DNA of 64,000 nucleotides from a bacterium (lineage in GTDB: Bacteria > Patescibacteriota > Saccharimonadia > Saccharimonadales > SZUA-47). Location of the stretch: positions 490,383 through 554,382 of the forward strand of contig JAUIBF010000001.1 of NCBI GenBank assembly GCA_030428125.1. Direction: 5' to 3'. The stretch's first letter is position 1. Every line of letters begins with the position of its first letter. The notes under the pieces were generated by a model. The model did no database searches. It was not told the DNA's origin and saw nothing but the letters and a program-made list of their open reading frames with translations. Below, in pieces: positions 40,053 to 51,942 of the stretch. Position numbers and translations under genes: made by a program.

Positions 40053-41573
40053 CTAAGCCTTTTTCTCTGTAATATCTGTTCTGGTTCGAACGATTTTCTC
40101 TTCGCTTTTTAGAAGTTGTCCAAATTTCTTAATCAAGGCAGGCGATATAAAGGTAGTGATGATTACTACCAGCACAATTGTGCTAAACAATTCGCTATCA
40201 AGAACTCCTATGGATGCTCCAGTTGCGGCAAAAATTAATCCTACTTCGCCACGAGGAACCATAGAAAATCCTACCAAAAGCTTTTCATACTTTGTACCTT
40301 GAGCACCTATACCTGCAACAAGTTTGGCGCCTACAGCTACTACAGAAATAATTGCGGCTATCAAGTATAGCTTAGGCTGCAACAGCGAACCAAAATCTAT
40401 CTGCATCCCTGTGTACACAAAGAATACTGGAATAAAGATTAGACCAATTGAATTGATTAAATCCTCTACATGGGCATGACGATGCTTCTTGATAAAATCA
40501 ACCATTGATTGACCATGTTTTTCATCTGTTTCTAGATATTTTAGCTCTTCTAGAATTTCCGGGTCAGAGAATGACTCAAAGTGAACAGCATCAAGTAGTA
40601 GACCGGCCGCAAAAGCACCAATAATTGGCTCTAAACCGAACAATTCAGCTAGATATCCAAAGAGCAGGGCAAACCCCACTGCTAATGTTAGTTTCATGCC
40701 AATTCCGGTATGAATTTTGCTAAAGAACTTAGATATGTAAGGTGCCGTCAGGGTCCCGATTAGTAACGCACCTCCCAGGAACCCGAATGATTTTGCTGCT
40801 AGCTCTATTACCAATCCAGCCGACAAGGTTCCTCCCGTTGCCAACGCCGACACAATAGCTAATACGATTAGACCTAGGACGTCATCAATTACTGCAGCAC
40901 CTAGCACAGTTTGCGCTGCACGACTTTTAGTGAGCTTTAGTGAGCGAAATACACTGGCTGTAATACCTACGCTAGTTGCAACCAATGACGCGCCTAGGAA
41001 TAGACGAGCGTTTGAATCAGCATCTCCGAAGAATATCGGACCTAAAATGAACGAACCCAACACAAAAGGCACTACCACACCAATTAATGCAACTATTAGA
41101 GCGCGCACGCCGACCTTTTTCATTTCTTTAATGTTGGACTCTAGACCTATAGAAAAGAGCAGCAGAACAGCTCCAAACTGTGCTAGATAAGCGATTATTT
41201 CATTAGATGTAATGTCGCTAATAAAATCCCAGCCGTAGTATCCGATTGCACTTAATGCGACACCTGCTAGTAGCTCACCGATAACAGCTGGTTGACCGTA
41301 TTTTTCGACAAAATTACCGAGTTTACCTGCAATCAAAACAAGCGCAAACATAGCAAATACAATTCCAAAGTGATGCGCCCCTCCTGAATGTTCTTCATCG
41401 TGCGCTTCCTCGTGATGTTCTTGTGCTGGGACCGAATCTACGCTTTCATCGTACACTTCATGCGATTCCTCATGGTGATGTGAGGTATCTGCTAAAACTG
41501 GCTTTTCTGTAAAACTGTTAATTCCGAATGTTGTGGCCGCAACTAGAGCAAGCGCGATAAAAAACTTTTTCAT
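40053..41573 (-). CDS. Cation:proton antiporter (CPA2, NapA/KefB-like) with a signal peptide and His-rich N-terminus
   Basis: GQPAVIGELLAG, ATSVGIT, AAVIDD, FIPVFF and PRGEV motifs. Confidence 0.9.
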   Translation of the reverse strand: MKKFFIALALVAATTFGINSFTEKPVLADTSHHHEESHEVYDESVDSVPAQEHHEEAHDEEHSGGAHHFGIVFAMFALVLIAGKLGNFVEKYGQPAVIGELLAGVALSAIGYYGWDFISDITSNEIIAYLAQFGAVLLLFSIGLESNIKEMKKVGVRALIVALIGVVVPFVLGSFILGPIFFGDADSNARLFLGASLVATSVGITASVFRSLKLTKSRAAQTVLGAAVIDDVLGLIVLAIVSALATGGTLSAGLVIELAAKSFGFLGGALLIGTLTAPYISKFFSKIHTGIGMKLTLAVGFALLFGYLAELFGLEPIIGAFAAGLLLDAVHFESFSDPEILEELKYLETDEKHGQSMVDFIKKHRHAHVEDLINSIGLIFIPVFFVYTGMQIDFGSLLQPKLYLIAAIISVVAVGAKLVAGIGAQGTKYEKLLVGFSMVPRGEVGLIFAATGASIGVLDSELFSTIVLVVIITTFISPALIKKFGQLLKSEEKIVRTRTDITEKKA

Positions 41574-41580
41574 ATTTCCT

Positions 41581-42447
41581 TTACTTAATAATTACTGGCA
41601 TATCTGCACTACACAAGACTGAAGCAGTAGCAAGATTCCAAACTGTTAATATTTTTTTAGTTGTTTCAACATCCCTTGATAATGCTTCGGCAGTCTTACC
41701 GAATGACCATTCGTGAACTATGAAGCCTTTTAGACCTGTAGCCTCGAATATCTTTTGAACGTCTGGGCCTTTTCTGTCCCGTGACCAAATAATAAATTCT
41801 CCATCGTGAGGACCGACGAGCATTTCGTTGCCAGCTCCTGCTTCAACTCCTGCGTTTGTCGCATCTTTACGAGGATCCGCAAAAAAATCAGAGTTTTCTA
41901 GGCGACTTGTAGCATTTGCTACATATAGTCCAGCCTCTGATTGAGTTATCTGATAACCTAGGGCTGCATTTGGAATATTAACTATGTTTGCGATATTTTC
42001 TACTAGCTCTTCCTGAATTTCACGAGTTTTGTTTGTTTCACCACATCCGCATTCAGAATGATTATCTCCATGCACGCAAACACCAGGCTCTACATCAACA
42101 AGCAGGGAAGTAACGTCTTTAACAACATCTACTTCGCTTTCGCTGCCGTTTTCATTTACTAAATCTACTGCGTGTGCAACACCTGCAGGACCACCCGCCG
42201 TACGTGGGAGCGGGGGTCTTGTGCCGTCAGCTGTAAATCGCTCATCGATACAGATTGACGCTACGGTATCAGGATACTCTACATCAAATTCTCCACTTGC
42301 AATGCGCTCGAATATTTCTCTTTTGTCGTCTGTTAAAACAAAACCTTCGTTAATAGAACCTTTGCCCAGACCTAGCTCACCCAGAGTTGGGTATCCTGTT
42401 TTTTCCATAAATGCCTCAAAGATTACTTTGTGATTTCCATCATACAT
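41581..42447 (-). CDS. Carbonic-anhydrase-like protein (beta/zeta CdCA-type ligand pattern)
   Basis: CIDER (CxDxR), AGG, H...CG (CVHGDNHSECGCG) and GPHDG. Confidence 0.6.
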   Translation of the reverse strand: MYDGNHKVIFEAFMEKTGYPTLGELGLGKGSINEGFVLTDDKREIFERIASGEFDVEYPDTVASICIDERFTADGTRPPLPRTAGGPAGVAHAVDLVNENGSESEVDVVKDVTSLLVDVEPGVCVHGDNHSECGCGETNKTREIQEELVENIANIVNIPNAALGYQITQSEAGLYVANATSRLENSDFFADPRKDATNAGVEAGAGNEMLVGPHDGEFIIWSRDRKGPDVQKIFEATGLKGFIVHEWSFGKTAEALSRDVETTKKILTVWNLATASVLCSADMPVIIK

Positions 42448-42483
42448 TTTACATGATTTATATCACAAAATATAGAGTGATTT

Positions 42484-42909
42484 TTATCTTCTTCGGTGAC
42501 GCTTTAGTTCGGCAATTTTTAGTCTTGAGGCTTGTCTGTCAACTAAACTCTGTGCTTTATCTAGTGAAACTTGATCTCTTGCTTCTGAGCGAAGCTGCTT
42601 AGCACGTTTTAGAGCCTCTTCTGCCTCTTTGCTACTGACTTCGGTGTCTTTGTCGGCTTCGTCAACAAGAACGCGTACGGTATCGTCTGATATCTCTATA
42701 ACACCACTATCTATAGCGTAGTGTTCCATCATGTCATCGGGATGGTTATCTTTCTTGCGAACACTTATAACTCCGGTTGACGCCAAGCTTACAAGTGGTG
42801 CATGGTTTCTAAATACTGCTATTTGTCCCTGTGGAGTAGGCAAAAGCACCTCGTACACAGATTCACGAAGCTTAACTCCAGTTAGCGTTACTAATTCTAG
42901 ATGAATCAT
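42484..42909 (-). CDS. atpC: ATP synthase epsilon subunit
   Basis: LELVT...LPTPQGQIAV..NHAPLVS; C-terminal helical hairpin. Confidence 0.92.
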   Translation of the reverse strand: MIHLELVTLTGVKLRESVYEVLLPTPQGQIAVFRNHAPLVSLASTGVISVRKKDNHPDDMMEHYAIDSGVIEISDDTVRVLVDEADKDTEVSSKEAEEALKRAKQLRSEARDQVSLDKAQSLVDRQASRLKIAELKRHRRR

Positions 42910-43273
42910 GATAGGCCTGGACCTCCGTCATGGGTTGATGGGCCCCTGGAAGGACGATAGTCATATCCTGGATGTGCATCAACAGACGATGCTCTTACCA
43001 CTGGATACTCTGGAGTAACGGGTTGCCAAGAACCAACTTGCAAGTCTTTTGTTGACTTTCCTCTCGCCATTTCAACCAACACTTCACTTGTAGTTGATAG
43101 CACTCGACCAGAAATCTTTGCAAGCGATAGCGCCCCAAAAACTGCACTTCCGCCGATATCCGCACAACGTTGACCAAATGGAGAGTGAAGCACTTCAGAT
43201 ACTGCACCTACAATACTTAGAGCTTTTTCTTGTGTCCAGTCGACAACTGATAGGTCTGGTTGACGTTGAACCA

Positions 43274-43274
<1 letters not shown>
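42906..43274 (-). CDS. Hypothetical ORF between atpD and atpC
   Basis: TAATG overlap with atpD and ATGA overlap with atpC. Confidence 0.6.
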
Positions 43275-44726
<1,452 letters not shown>

Positions 44727-44730
<4 letters not shown>

Positions 44731-45029
44731 TTCGCCGCCCCCGTATCAATATATTCTTGGATTTTTCCACGCAACCATTCGTCTGCTAGCATACCTGCTG
44801 CTGCACTCTCCTTGGCCAAGCCTTGATGATGATTACCTGATGCAATTCCGGCAGCAGCAACTGCGGCATCTTCCGGAGTCTCACCGAACTGAACTGTCCC
44901 TGCAATAGCAAACTGTACAAATTCATAAACCATTGTTGGTGGTTGGTGGGGGTGATCCATCGCAGCTACTGCCGCTGCATGATCTTTTATACCGTCAATT
45001 AACTCTGACTGCTCTACATGTGTTGTCAT
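44727..45029 (-). CDS. Hypothetical ORF within the atp operon
   Basis: ATGA overlap, GGAGG SD. Confidence 0.6.
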
Positions 45030-45370
45030 TTCATAGCCTCCACACCAAAGAAGGTTCTATTAGCCATATTTCGGCCCACAAGAAATTGTCCTGCAATTCT
45101 TATATCGTTGCCAAATAATCTTTCTGCTTCATTGGAGGCCAGTAGATAATTTGCAGACATTGCTACAGCAACCAATCCACCAAGTGTTTCCGGTATCTGG
45201 AAGCTACTTCTCCTGGCTTCAGACTGAGGATCATGACTCTCGATTCTAAATATATGTACTGATGTACCATCCTCATATTCCGTTAACACCCTGGCACTAT
45301 CTGCAAACCAACGATCGTCACGACCGTCACCCATACCAACCAATAATGTAGTTTCTGGTAAATCTGCCAT
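45026..45370 (-). CDS. Hypothetical ORF within the atp operon
   Basis: TAATG overlap with atpG, GGAGG SD. Confidence 0.6.
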   Translation of the reverse strand: MADLPETTLLVGMGDGRDDRWFADSARVLTEYEDGTSVHIFRIESHDPQSEARRSSFQIPETLGGLVAVAMSANYLLASNEAERLFGNDIRIAGQFLVGRNMANRTFFGVEAMK

Positions 45371-46236
45371 TATTTCATTGCCTCCGCTCCACCGGTTATT
45401 TCTGCTAATTCCTGGGTAATTGCTGACTGTCGAGCTGTGTTGGCAGCCAGAGTCAAATCATCTATCAAATCACCAGCATTATCACTTGCTGTTTTCATAG
45501 CCAACATTCTCGCGCTCTGTTCTGATGCCTGGCTCTCAAGATATGCCTGCCACAACTGCACATCAATTAACCGTTCAGCAATGGTTTTTAACACCTCTTC
45601 TGGGCTAGGTTCAAAAATCGCGTCAGCCAAATTATGCGAAACTCTAGCTTCTTGAAACGCAGCAGGGAGCAGTCTAGTGCTAGTGACTTCTTGCAGAACA
45701 CTGGACTTGAAGTCCGTGAATAGAATATCAACAGCATCAGTATCTGCAGACTTAAAAGCTTCTTTGATCGTCTGCAATATAGGTGACAACTCGGAAATTT
45801 CTGGCTTTTCTGGCATATTATCGTAGCTTCCTAGAATATTTAGTCCTTCTACACGCGCCACAAACCTAGATGCTTGCTTACCAACTAAAATCAGACTGGT
45901 CTTTGTACCGTTTTCTTCGTCTGATTTAAGTTCTTTCGTCAATTGACGCAAAACATTTGAGTTATAAGCGCCTGCCAGACCTCTATCGGATGTAATGACA
46001 ATGATAATCCGACTTTTTACTTCGCGAGTCGTAAACAGTGGATGCTTAGAAACGTCTGTTAAATCACGTAAGCGTGTCAAAATCTGACGAGCAGTTAAGG
46101 TATAATCTCGGCTAGCAAGTGTCGTCTCCTGAGCACGACGCATCTTCGATGCAGCCACAAGCTCCATTGCTTTGGTGATCTGCTTGGTGCTTTTGACGCT
46201 TTTTATGCGCGCCTTAATCTGCTGAGTACTAGCCAT
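45370..46236 (-). CDS. atpG: ATP synthase gamma subunit
   Basis: KQITKAMELVAASK, SDRGLAG, SEQSARM.AM and RQSAITQEL motifs. Confidence 0.98.
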   Translation of the reverse strand: MASTQQIKARIKSVKSTKQITKAMELVAASKMRRAQETTLASRDYTLTARQILTRLRDLTDVSKHPLFTTREVKSRIIIVITSDRGLAGAYNSNVLRQLTKELKSDEENGTKTSLILVGKQASRFVARVEGLNILGSYDNMPEKPEISELSPILQTIKEAFKSADTDAVDILFTDFKSSVLQEVTSTRLLPAAFQEARVSHNLADAIFEPSPEEVLKTIAERLIDVQLWQAYLESQASEQSARMLAMKTASDNAGDLIDDLTLAANTARQSAITQELAEITGGAEAMK

Positions 46237-46402
46237 TTAGTTCGTCCTCTCTGACCTTACACACAATTTCACAAATCGGCCTGCCGAACTGACCAAACCG
46301 AGCGTAGTTACATATGTTATCAGCGCTATAGGCAGAGTAGCATCGAAAATCAACTCTTGCAGTTACCTCTCCTGAAACCGGTATACTTCGCTCCTGTGTC
46401 AT
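46229..46402 (-). CDS. 57-aa four-Cys ORF MTQERSIPVSGEVTARVDFRCYSAYSADNICNYARFGQFGRPICEIVCKVREDELNG (not in the ORF track)
   Basis: Starts 3 nt after the atpA stop; its stop overlaps the atpG start. Confidence 0.6.
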   Translation of the reverse strand: MTQERSIPVSGEVTARVDFRCYSAYSADNICNYARFGQFGRPICEIVCKVREDELNG

Positions 46403-46405
46403 CTA

Positions 46406-47938
46406 TTAATCTCTGTATTCCTTTGCGACTTTTTCTGCTTGTTTGATGATTAGGCTACTCATCTTATCGTCGACTTTGCCGCCTTTTTCAAGCTCTTGCA
46501 TGTCTTTTTTCTTTTCAGACCAAAGAGAAGTCAGTAGGGAAGCTTGCGCTTTCTTAATCTGTTCAACTGGTACAGAGTCAAATGCTCCGCCCGTTGCAGC
46601 AATAAGGCTTGAAACCTGTTCCCAGGTGCTTAATGGTGAATACTGAGGCTGTTTCAGAAGTTCAGTTAGTCTCTGACCTCGTTCGATACGAGCTTTGGTA
46701 TCTGCATCTAAGTCTGAGCTGAACTGTGCGAAAGCTGCGAGTTCTCGGAATTGTGCTAGGTTGATTCGGAGTGAACCTGATGCACCCTTCAATGCTTTTG
46801 TTTGAGCAGAACCACCAACACGTGACACTGACAAACCAACTGAGATAGCTGGTCGGATACCTTGGTTGAACAAGCTAGTCTCCATGAAAATCTGACCGTC
46901 AGTAATCGAAATCACGTTAGTAGGAACAAATGATGAAATATCTCCAGCCTGAGTTTCGACAATAGGTAGGGCAGTCAACGAACCACCACCTTCGGCGTCT
47001 GACAACTTGGCTGCACGCTCTAGAAGTCGAGAGTGCAAGTAGAACACATCACCAGGGTAGGCTTCACGTCCTGGAGGTCGTCGAAGCAAGAGTGACATTT
47101 GTCGGTAAGCAACAGCGTGCTTAGATAAATCATCATAGGTAATCAACGCGTGTTGTGAGTTATCACGGAAATATTCACCCATGGCAGCACCTGAGTATGG
47201 TGCTAGGTACTGAAGGGAAGCAGGGTCGTTTGCACTAGTTGCAACGACGATCGTTTGCTCCATCACACCTTCACGCTCAAGTCGTTCTACTAGTCGAGCT
47301 ACTTTGCTCATTTTCTGACCTACAGCAACGTAAATGTTAATGATTCCGGTCTTTTGCTTTGCCTGGTTAATCATTGTGTCTAGAGCAACGGCAGTCTTAC
47401 CGGTTTGACGATCGCCAATGATAAGCTCACGCTGACCACGACCGATAGGCACCATAGCGTCAATCGCCATAAGGCCAGTCATCATTGGTTCATGTACAGA
47501 TTTACGCTGCAATACGCCTGGCGCGGGCTTTTCTACAGCTCCGGTTAGCTTTGTCTTGATTGGACCCTTGTCATCTAGTGGGTTTCCTAGCGGGTCAACC
47601 ACACGTCCAACTAGCTCAGGGCCAACTGGTACTTCTAGAACTTTTCCAGATAGAGTAACCTTTGCTCCAGCTTTAACTTTGACGTCAGAATCGAGCAACA
47701 CAGCACCGATTTCGTCTTCCATCAAGTTCAAGGCGAATGCGCTAACTGTTCCACCGTCTGCAGATTCGATATCTAACATTTCTGAATATCCGGCAGCAGA
47801 TAAGCCATAAATCCAAGCCACACCGTCACCAATACGTGTGACTATTCCGGCTTTTTCTACGCCGCTTGATACTTTCAGTTCTGCAATTGCCTCGCGGACT
47901 TCTGCGCTTAAATCTTTTACTGATACATCTGTCGCCAT
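46406..47938 (-). CDS. atpA: ATP synthase alpha subunit
   Basis: [29 protein letters not shown] and SVSRVG motifs. Confidence 0.99.
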   Translation of the reverse strand: MATDVSVKDLSAEVREAIAELKVSSGVEKAGIVTRIGDGVAWIYGLSAAGYSEMLDIESADGGTVSAFALNLMEDEIGAVLLDSDVKVKAGAKVTLSGKVLEVPVGPELVGRVVDPLGNPLDDKGPIKTKLTGAVEKPAPGVLQRKSVHEPMMTGLMAIDAMVPIGRGQRELIIGDRQTGKTAVALDTMINQAKQKTGIINIYVAVGQKMSKVARLVERLEREGVMEQTIVVATSANDPASLQYLAPYSGAAMGEYFRDNSQHALITYDDLSKHAVAYRQMSLLLRRPPGREAYPGDVFYLHSRLLERAAKLSDAEGGGSLTALPIVETQAGDISSFVPTNVISITDGQIFMETSLFNQGIRPAISVGLSVSRVGGSAQTKALKGASGSLRINLAQFRELAAFAQFSSDLDADTKARIERGQRLTELLKQPQYSPLSTWEQVSSLIAATGGAFDSVPVEQIKKAQASLLTSLWSEKKKDMQELEKGGKVDDKMSSLIIKQAEKVAKEYRD

Positions 47939-47940
47939 TT

Positions 47941-48468
47941 TTACTCCTGGTTACCAATCCTTTTTAAAATTCCTCTGAAACTACCTAGCCATTTTGCAGC
48001 CTTCGTTGGATCTGTTGCTATTGGGTCAAAATCCTCGTCGACTGCTTTATCGATGACAGCTCTCAAATTCCGTGCTCTTACAAATTTTGGTTCGTTGCTG
48101 CCAGTTATGTCTAGAGCTGCATCAACTCTACCCTGAACATATGCAGAAGCTGCTAGGCCTGCCATTACAACCCTTATCGAGTCATGAAGCTCATCTAAGT
48201 CTACAGCTACCACCTCGACTTCACGTTGACGCCCATGAGATGACGTATACGTTCCGACGTTAAATTCATCAAGCTCAACATCTCCTCTGTCTAAAGGAGC
48301 CGCGGTAAACACTTCAACCACTTGAGGCATATCTGATATAGCTAGGAATGCGAGGTCGTGTGCCATCTCACGCGCCACATCAGTGTGAGCATCAACCATA
48401 TCAGCCAATGGCCCTTCATGAAACACCACCGGAAGAGTACTCTCAACTACACTTTCTTGTCCTGCCAT
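47941..48468 (-). CDS. Hypothetical ORF between atpH and atpA
   Basis: 2-nt gaps on both sides, GGAG SD. Confidence 0.65.
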   Translation of the reverse strand: MAGQESVVESTLPVVFHEGPLADMVDAHTDVAREMAHDLAFLAISDMPQVVEVFTAAPLDRGDVELDEFNVGTYTSSHGRQREVEVVAVDLDELHDSIRVVMAGLAASAYVQGRVDAALDITGSNEPKFVRARNLRAVIDKAVDEDFDPIATDPTKAAKWLGSFRGILKRIGNQE

Positions 48469-48470
48469 TA

Positions 48471-48746
48471 CTAACTCACTCCTTCACTTACAGGCTCTGT
48501 AGCCATTGCTTTATCAATTAATCCATAAACTCCACTAACAAATACGCCTGCGGTTTCAATGTCTGCACCTGACCTAACGAGAACATCAGCAATGTCGTCA
48601 ATTGCTTCTCTAACCTCTGCTAATCTATTAAATCCTGCTCGCTGAACAACCTCAGAAAGACCTTCTGACGCATCAGGGCTACCAGTTATTGAATATGCAC
48701 TTGCATGAATCTTTGCAAAAGGTGAATCGGAGATAGAGCCGGGCAT
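48471..48746 (-). CDS. Hypothetical ORF between atpH and atpA
   Basis: TAATG overlap with atpH. Confidence 0.6.
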   Translation of the reverse strand: MPGSISDSPFAKIHASAYSITGSPDASEGLSEVVQRAGFNRLAEVREAIDDIADVLVRSGADIETAGVFVSGVYGLIDKAMATEPVSEGVS

Positions 48747-49135
48747 TAATTTGTCTCCATAACTTTTGCTTTAAATCTATTTAATCGTGCTCGAACAGTT
48801 AGGTCGATTTCTGATTCCATACCCTGGGCCTTAACTCCTCCGATAACTGAGCTATCGATAACTTCTGTAAATACCGGCTTTTCTGCTCCAAGAAGTTTTG
48901 CGAGTACTTCTTTGACATCATCAGAAACTGAATGAGCACTCGTAACTGTTACTTGAGTAGTGCCGCGTGAGTTTAGCTCTGCTTCTATCGCACGCGTTAG
49001 CTTACCAAGCTCTTTAGTCTGACGAGTGTCTAACAAATAAGCAGCAAGTTGTTGCGCTAGAGCAGGGGCTTTCGTTCCACTTTCCAGCTGGTCAACAGCG
49101 TATTTAGCCAATTCGCTAACAGTTATCTTAGCCAT
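48746..49135 (-). CDS. atpH: ATP synthase delta subunit (short form)
   Basis: VTVTSA...IDSSVIGGV...IDLTVRARL OSCP C-terminal motif. Confidence 0.88.
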   Translation of the reverse strand: MAKITVSELAKYAVDQLESGTKAPALAQQLAAYLLDTRQTKELGKLTRAIEAELNSRGTTQVTVTSAHSVSDDVKEVLAKLLGAEKPVFTEVIDSSVIGGVKAQGMESEIDLTVRARLNRFKAKVMETN

Positions 49136-49451
49136 AAGTAATCACCTCATCCGTTCCTGGCATTGGACCAATATCACCTCTAGCGGCCAACATGTCACCA
49201 TAAGCAAGGATAGCTACAGCAGCTACGTTATCGTCAGCATTAGGTACATCAGGTAAAAAATCACTCCACATCTCATGCGTACCCATCCAAGCAAGAGCCA
49301 TGTACTTTTCATCATCCTCAACTAGCACCTCTCGCATCTTTGCCCTTTTACTGTCCACAAACTCGATTTCCGCAACAAGCTCTGCGATTGACTCTCGGAT
49401 AGAATTAGAAATTCTGCGTCTTTGTTCTTCTAAATCAATAACTTCGCTCAT
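49128..49451 (-). CDS. Hypothetical ORF between atpF and atpH
   Basis: TAATG overlap upstream, 8-nt overlap with atpH. Confidence 0.6.
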   Translation of the reverse strand: MSEVIDLEEQRRRISNSIRESIAELVAEIEFVDSKRAKMREVLVEDDEKYMALAWMGTHEMWSDFLPDVPNADDNVAAVAILAYGDMLAARGDIGPMPGTDEVITYG

Positions 49452-49891
49452 TACACAACCTCCTTTTCTGTAAACCCTTCAACAGAGGGTAGCTCTAAGA
49501 TTAAAGTTTTATCCCTCCTCGCAATGTCTAGTACTTCACTTAGACGATCTGCATCCTCAAACCAAACAGTCCATCCTTCCGGAAGATGAATTTCGTCAAC
49601 AACCCCCGCATTTACACCACCAAGTAGGGCATCGATTGAATCAGTTTCATCTGGATTTACACCAAAAGCTCTCATGACTTCGTTAGGTACCGTACAACCA
49701 TCAAATACAGAGTTTAAAGCTGACTTTGTCCCAAATATAACTGCACCATCATCGGCTAGCTCCCGTGCATAGGACCCACCTAATGCATCAGAAACAACCA
49801 GGGGTGCAATTACTCTTGCTGCAAAAAACATATCTTCTGACTGAACTCTGTAAGGGAACCTGACAACATCGTGAGCTTCATGAACCAACAT
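49451..49891 (-). CDS. Hypothetical ORF between atpF and atpH
   Basis: TAATG overlap with atpF, AAGGAG SD. Confidence 0.6.
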   Translation of the reverse strand: MLVHEAHDVVRFPYRVQSEDMFFAARVIAPLVVSDALGGSYARELADDGAVIFGTKSALNSVFDGCTVPNEVMRAFGVNPDETDSIDALLGGVNAGVVDEIHLPEGWTVWFEDADRLSEVLDIARRDKTLILELPSVEGFTEKEVV

Positions 49892-50553
49892 TACTTCATT
49901 GCTCCTTTGAGGTAATCCTCGACTAGTTTCCGGTCGGATTTGTCATCAAGTTTTTGGTCAAGGATAGCTTCGGTTGCTTCTGTAATTAACCCAGCCATTT
50001 CTGCCTTCAAGCCATTTCGAGCATCGGCGATATCTCGCTCGATTTTACCCTCGGCAGCACGCATGATTTCTTCTGCTTTACGATTAGCAGTATCTTCTGC
50101 TGCGTGGATAATCTTGCCAGATTCTGCATTGGCTTCAGCCAAAATTACGTCAGCGTCTTTGCGAGCAGTTTTTAGGACTTTTTCGACACGCTCATCAAGC
50201 TCAGCTTTCTGCTTATCCATTTCGGCAGTTAAATGTAGCCCGCGATTGATATCATTGTGTCGCTTATCTAGATTTTTAACAATTCCATCTAACGCAAATT
50301 TCTTCACGGCCCATAGTAAAACTAGGAAAGTTATCAGCTGTGCACCGATAGCGAAAACGTCTAGCCCAAGAGCGCCAATGCCTTCGGACTCGCTAGCATG
50401 TGAATCTTCCGTAGTGTGTGCGTCACCAGCGTGTTCTTCGCCAGAATGGTCGTCTGTTGCATGTTCGTCAGAATTTGATGTATCACTAGCAGCAAGCACC
50501 ATTCCGACTCCGGTGTCTTCTGCATCTATGACTGCCAAGATTGTCTTACTCAT
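49891..50553 (-). CDS. atpF: ATP synthase b subunit with a His/acidic N-terminal extension
   Basis: LGLD...QLITFLVLLWAVKKFA..I...LDKR TM followed by a coiled coil. Confidence 0.92.
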   Translation of the reverse strand: MSKTILAVIDAEDTGVGMVLAASDTSNSDEHATDDHSGEEHAGDAHTTEDSHASESEGIGALGLDVFAIGAQLITFLVLLWAVKKFALDGIVKNLDKRHNDINRGLHLTAEMDKQKAELDERVEKVLKTARKDADVILAEANAESGKIIHAAEDTANRKAEEIMRAAEGKIERDIADARNGLKAEMAGLITEATEAILDQKLDDKSDRKLVEDYLKGAMK

Positions 50554-50686
50554 ATTTTCCTTCTAATTATATCCTCTGTGGTTAGAACAACCATAACTGT
50601 TAACATGCCTTCACTAACAGATGTCGTTGTTCTAGATTGTTAAATTTAGTTGTAGAGGCCAGTTAAACCGACCTCTACAGGTGTAG

Positions 50687-50938
50687 TTAGAGCAAAAACG
50701 CTCCAAGAAGAAACGCTAGCAAGGCTGTAACTTCGATCATCGCTGCGATGATGATAATTTGGCTTGCTGCCTTTCCAGCTTCTGGATTGCGACCTAGTGA
50801 CTTCATGTAGTTTGCACCTACAAGAGCTAGGCCAAATGCTGCAAGTCCCAAAGCGATGCCGAGCATAATGCTCTTTGACCATGCTTCAGCAACTTGAACA
50901 TCAAATTCAGTAGCTTGAGCTAGTATTGTGTTTAACAT
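50687..50938 (-). CDS. atpE: ATP synthase c subunit
   Basis: Hairpin with RNPE loop and conserved Glu in MIEVTA. Confidence 0.95.
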   Translation of the reverse strand: MLNTILAQATEFDVQVAEAWSKSIMLGIALGLAAFGLALVGANYMKSLGRNPEAGKAASQIIIIAAMIEVTALLAFLLGAFLL

Positions 50939-50977
50939 ATTTTTCTCCTTAAAACCGTAGTTCTGTGGTTACTTTTT

Positions 50978-51820
50978 CTATGCAACATCTGGAAGCTCCT
51001 CGACCTTAATAGCTTCGTCGTGATGTTCTTCTTCAGGGTGCGCATGAGAAATCGCCAGGGCGAGGTAGGTAGCACTAAGCACGGTAAACACATACGCCTG
51101 TATACCGGCTACAAGAACTTCAAACAAAATAATCGGGATAACTGCGACTGGAGTCCGTCCACCACTGAGGATAAGGCTGGTGAATACAGCTATCAGAATT
51201 TCACCAACAGCAGTGTTAAGGAATAAACGGAGGGCCAGGGAAAGGATACGGGTAAATTCACCGAATACTTCCAAAATACCGATGAAAAAGTTAATCGGAT
51301 TCCACGGTTTATCACTAAAGTAGTGCGTCAAGTGGCCTTTCAAACCTTGTGCACGAATCGACATAACCTGAACTGCAACAATGGCTATAACTGCCATTAC
51401 TAGCGTTCCGTTTAAATCTGCTGTAAATGGTCGGAAAATAGGGATGTGGTTAACATGAATTCCAGGACCAACAATCGGTATCAAGCCTAAGATGTTGCTG
51501 AATAGAATGAACAAGAAAAACACCGAGAAAATCGGCGCGTACTTGATTGCTTGTTTGCGATTACCAAACGCTCCTTCTAAGACTCCAATAATGAACTCTA
51601 CTAGAAACTCCAGTATAGCGATTGCGCCTTTTTTAGGCTTCACGGATGATTTTTTTGCAAGAGCATACAGGACAAAGAACATAAAGATTGCCACCAGTAA
51701 GCCATAAATCATGGAGTTAGTTACAGTAACCCCACCGATAGTAAATACTTCTTCGGCTTTTAGGGATACGTGAATACCACTATCACCTTCGGCTAAACGT
51801 GAAAATAGTGTGCTTAACAT
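50978..51820 (-). CDS. atpB: ATP synthase a subunit
   Basis: NILGLIP, PFTADLN, SLALRLFLN (conserved Arg) and IQAYVFTVLS motifs. Confidence 0.97.
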   Translation of the reverse strand: MLSTLFSRLAEGDSGIHVSLKAEEVFTIGGVTVTNSMIYGLLVAIFMFFVLYALAKKSSVKPKKGAIAILEFLVEFIIGVLEGAFGNRKQAIKYAPIFSVFFLFILFSNILGLIPIVGPGIHVNHIPIFRPFTADLNGTLVMAVIAIVAVQVMSIRAQGLKGHLTHYFSDKPWNPINFFIGILEVFGEFTRILSLALRLFLNTAVGEILIAVFTSLILSGGRTPVAVIPIILFEVLVAGIQAYVFTVLSATYLALAISHAHPEEEHHDEAIKVEELPDVA

Positions 51821-51942
51821 GCACACTCCATGAATTCGTCGGCTGTAAAGTCGGCGGCGTATCTCATATTTGATTTTATTTTATCAAGTACCCCTGGGTT
51901 TAGACAATAGTAATCTGAGGCAATAGAAGTTTTGCCATTACA

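Noticed and set aside
49940..50566. 208-aa + strand ORF and similar antisense ORFs (e.g. 36156-36644, 38660-39124, 39346-39756, 44139-44519)
   Set aside because: Shadow frames opposite well-supported genes, with no motifs
50687..50938. Na+-coupled ATP synthase, suggested by the nearby antiporter
   Set aside because: The c subunit has E-V rather than the Q...E-S/T Na+-binding signature, so H+ coupling is more likely
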